This document shows, piece by piece, positions 61,504-64,000 of a stretch of 64,000 nt of DNA. This DNA is from a bacterium (GTDB lineage Bacteria; SAR324; XYD2-FULL-50-16). A program made the position numbers and the translations under genes. Every line of letters begins with the position of its first letter. The first letter of the stretch is position 1. The stretch spans positions 183,670-247,669 of the forward strand of contig JAVVEA010000004.1 of the NCBI GenBank assembly GCA_032250835.1, in the 5' to 3' direction. The notes under the pieces were generated by a model that was not told where the DNA came from, did not search any database, and worked only from the letters and a program-made list of their open reading frames with translations.

Positions 61504-61752
61504 CAAAACAGGTCTTTGTGGGGCTTGCCTCCGGGCTGGACCGTAGCTTTTGGGCGAAGGGGCTGCGTGGGGTTTGAATCTTTGCACCGGCCAAGGCACC
61601 TCGGACCCGGTTTTGGGTGCCGATTACCGGGGTGTTGATTAGCTGCAATGTAAACAGGGACGACCGCGCAGCTCAGAGGCCCGTCCGGCCCAAACCGGCA
61701 GAGCTGAAATCATGGAGTTCCCGAGCTTTTCTCTAGAATTCCCCAATGCGAC

Positions 61753-61781
61753 TTGACAAGCCAGCCCACGCTACGTACATT
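61753..61781 (+). promoter_or_regulatory. sigma70 promoter for tRNA-fMet
   Basis: TTGACA-N17-TACATT. Confidence 0.75.
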
Positions 61782-61817
61782 GTTTGAATCAGCCCAACAA
61801 GGCTGACACCAGCACGC

Positions 61818-61894
<77 letters not shown>

Positions 61895-61898
61895 GATC

Positions 61899-61937
61899 AA
61901 AAGCCGATCTACAGAGAATGTAGGTCGGCTTTTTTTG
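61899..61937 (+). terminator. Terminator after tRNA-fMet
   Basis: AAAAGCCGATCTACA...TGTAGGTCGGCTTTTTTTT. Confidence 0.8.
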
Positions 61938-62051
61938 TTTATGGTCTACGCATAGGTCTACATCGGCGGTGGTAAAATATGGTACTCAGTAATCAATTGT
62001 GTTTTGCCGAAATGAAAACTAGAAAGAACTAAAAAATGCAATAGGCTCTTA

Positions 62052-63152
62052 ATGGACAATCTAGAGATTCAAAAAGGTTTTTATCATCCAGTATGTAATG
62101 AAAGTGAAATTGAACGCATTTTTAATGTTCAAAACTCAAATGACCATTTGTTAAAACTGCGAGCGGATACAATCGTAGATCATATGAGGTTATTTCGAGT
62201 GTATCGAAATAAAGCTATTCAGTTTGGTGAAAAATGGTCTTTAGAAGCTTCTTTTCAAGACTTACACTATAAGTCTGTTTTACAGAAACTTGGTCGTGAT
62301 GAAGCCCAACTATGTGGAGGAATCGCCTTTGGAGGCATGTTTTCTAATGATCCCAATGGGTCCATATTTCAGACCGACTGGGGAATCGTTTCCACGATTT
62401 CGGAGTCATTGCAGTTCTTTCTAAAATTTTTGCACTTGGCAGTTCTGGAATTCGAACAAGAGGTACCTGATTATGTAAGGTTAAATGCTTTAAGAATTGC
62501 TATCCGGGTAATGCTCAAGACAGAAACTTTAGATTTTTTTATGGATCCAAGAGGAATAATTCCTAATAGTATAGAAAAGACTATTGCGAGCCCAATACCA
62601 TATCAAATGCAGTTCATTGCTGGGCACGAATTTGCGCATTATTTGCTTGGACATTTATCAAATGGTCGTTTGTTAAATCAGCCGATTTTTCATGCGATTT
62701 CACCGAATGATACTGAATATGGGTCATTAAAGGTATTTAACCCATCTCAGCGTGACGAGTTCGACGCAGACCTACAGTCAATACTTTTGCCTAGTTACAA
62801 TAGCTTCGAGAAATCTCAACTACTGGAGGCAGCGTTATTGTGGTTCGGTTGTTTGGAATTATTTGAGCATGTAAAAGACATCATGTTTCCAACCGGTTCA
62901 ACAACCTATAAAACACATCCTAGCGCACGTGAACGCTTTGACAATCTATTGACAAATGTTCCAACGCCACAGGGATTCGAAACAACGAAGTGGAGTGGAT
63001 TCCTAAAACTTGTTGATTCGATCTTACCACAACTAAGCGAAGATGTTTCTGTTAATTGGGAACATTATGAGTTTTATGGCTCCGTCTACCTCGACGAACC
63101 AAACTCTCAATGGAGAGGGCCAGAATTAATAGACCGAGTGGACTATTACTAA
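62052..63152 (+). CDS. AT-rich HExxH metallopeptidase-like protein (island cargo)
   Basis: FIAGHEFAHYLLGH, EFDAD and THPSARER motifs; visibly lower GC than the flanks. Confidence 0.75.
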   Translation: MDNLEIQKGFYHPVCNESEIERIFNVQNSNDHLLKLRADTIVDHMRLFRVYRNKAIQFGEKWSLEASFQDLHYKSVLQKLGRDEAQLCGGIAFGGMFSNDPNGSIFQTDWGIVSTISESLQFFLKFLHLAVLEFEQEVPDYVRLNALRIAIRVMLKTETLDFFMDPRGIIPNSIEKTIASPIPYQMQFIAGHEFAHYLLGHLSNGRLLNQPIFHAISPNDTEYGSLKVFNPSQRDEFDADLQSILLPSYNSFEKSQLLEAALLWFGCLELFEHVKDIMFPTGSTTYKTHPSARERFDNLLTNVPTPQGFETTKWSGFLKLVDSILPQLSEDVSVNWEHYEFYGSVYLDEPNSQWRGPELIDRVDYY

Positions 63153-63172
63153 TAAAATTACTTTGAATCGAG

Positions 63173-63595
63173 TTAAAGCCGCTTCGTATCGTTCAATTCC
63201 TCTTCCGTTACTAGATTATAACGCTTGAAAACAGAGGTTGTTTTGTGTCCGCTCTGGGCCATGATCTTGAAGTAGTCGTTCCCGGCTAGGCGCATGTTGT
63301 TGATAGCACAGTGCCGAAGATCATGGAAGGTGAAGTCGCCCAGTCCGGCTACTTTGACGGCGGTGGTGTAGGCGTGCTTGAACTCATCAAAGGGCTGGCC
63401 GTCCTTGAGAAATACCCTGTCCTCGCCTTTTACTCTGAGCAACTCAGCCAGCATCTGTGCAACTCTAGGGTGTAACTTCAATACCCGCCCCTCACCTGAT
63501 TTGGTTTTCTTCCCCGAAAGCCGGATGAAACTCCGTTCCAAATCGACATGATCCCAAATCATCCCTTTTTTTGTATCCCCCACACAAGCCAACAT
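63173..63595 (-). pseudogene. Truncated tyrosine integrase (C-terminal catalytic part)
   Basis: WDHVDL, KTKSG, FHDLRH and SGHKT...RY; first catalytic Arg box and N-terminal domains absent. Confidence 0.8.
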
Positions 63596-63758
63596 TCCTC
63601 GTCGTGGGTAGTCGCTATCTTTGAATTAAGATTCCATAGGCGGCGCAACGGGCTAATGTTGGTTTGGTCGAGTGCTCCCGTCACCCTGGAGGTTCATGCC
63701 CTCGATTTGGGTCCAACGAACGTTGGGGGGCTCTGGTAAAGGCTGTTTTGGGAAAGCT

Positions 63759-63920
63759 TCATGCCCGGCTCAACGATTCGACTACCTGGGCCAAGACGCG
63801 CTCGCTATAGCTGTTGATCTTCCAGTGCCCTGGGCTCCAGCCCTTTAAGAACCGGTGGAAGTCGGCCCAGGCCACGGGGTACAGCCCGCGCCAATCAGCC
63901 TCCAAGGCAGGAAAATCCAC
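63759..63920 (-). pseudogene. 3' fragment of an EcKinase/APH-like phosphotransferase gene
   Basis: Hand translation [42 protein letters not shown]...*; too short for the ORF track; family recalled from memory. Confidence 0.55.
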
Positions 63921-63924
63921 TATT

Positions 63925-64000
63925 TATAGTGGACCCACTTGTCCAGACAACTTTTTGATTAGACGATCTTCCTGATCTTTTTTTCTAAGCAATCTTCAGT
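63925..64000 (-). mobile_element. Probable IS3-family terminal inverted repeat at the window edge
   Basis: TATAGTGGACCCACTTGTCCAGACA next to the point where the kinase fragment is cut. Confidence 0.4.

Noticed and set aside
61218-61648. Short minus-strand ORFs, or a CRISPR reading of the 102-bp repeat
   Set aside because: The ORFs only mirror the repeat; two long units with a 14-bp gap do not fit CRISPR

Overview
Bacterial chromosomal window of moderate to high GC. It opens with a Mo-nitrogenase operon (nifH partial, nifD, nifK, nifE, nifN, nifX, fdxB, draG, nifQ and a rhodanese-like/NifU-C fusion). Between the last nif gene and the terminator is a 3 x 77-bp hairpin array with compensatory base changes. 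A ~7.4-kb module follows: a DUF2934-OmpA gene, two paralogous Ig-repeat/DUF3494 ice-binding-like lipoproteins and a Crp/Fnr regulator, bracketed by 387-bp near-perfect direct repeats. The middle holds many signalling genes (hybrid kinases, an MCP-hemerythrin, CZB, NIT-GGDEF, orphan fliM and cheW), pyk, a di-haem cytochrome c, a TRAP transporter, a CPA1-RCK-PTS EIIA fusion, a type-2 valS, and a DASS-corA operon. The end holds tRNA-Arg(CCG), a 2 x 102-bp structured repeat behind a sigma54-like site, tRNA-fMet, and a decayed island (AT-rich HExxH gene, truncated integrase, kinase fragment, probable IS end). All product calls come from motifs recognised by eye; no database search was run.
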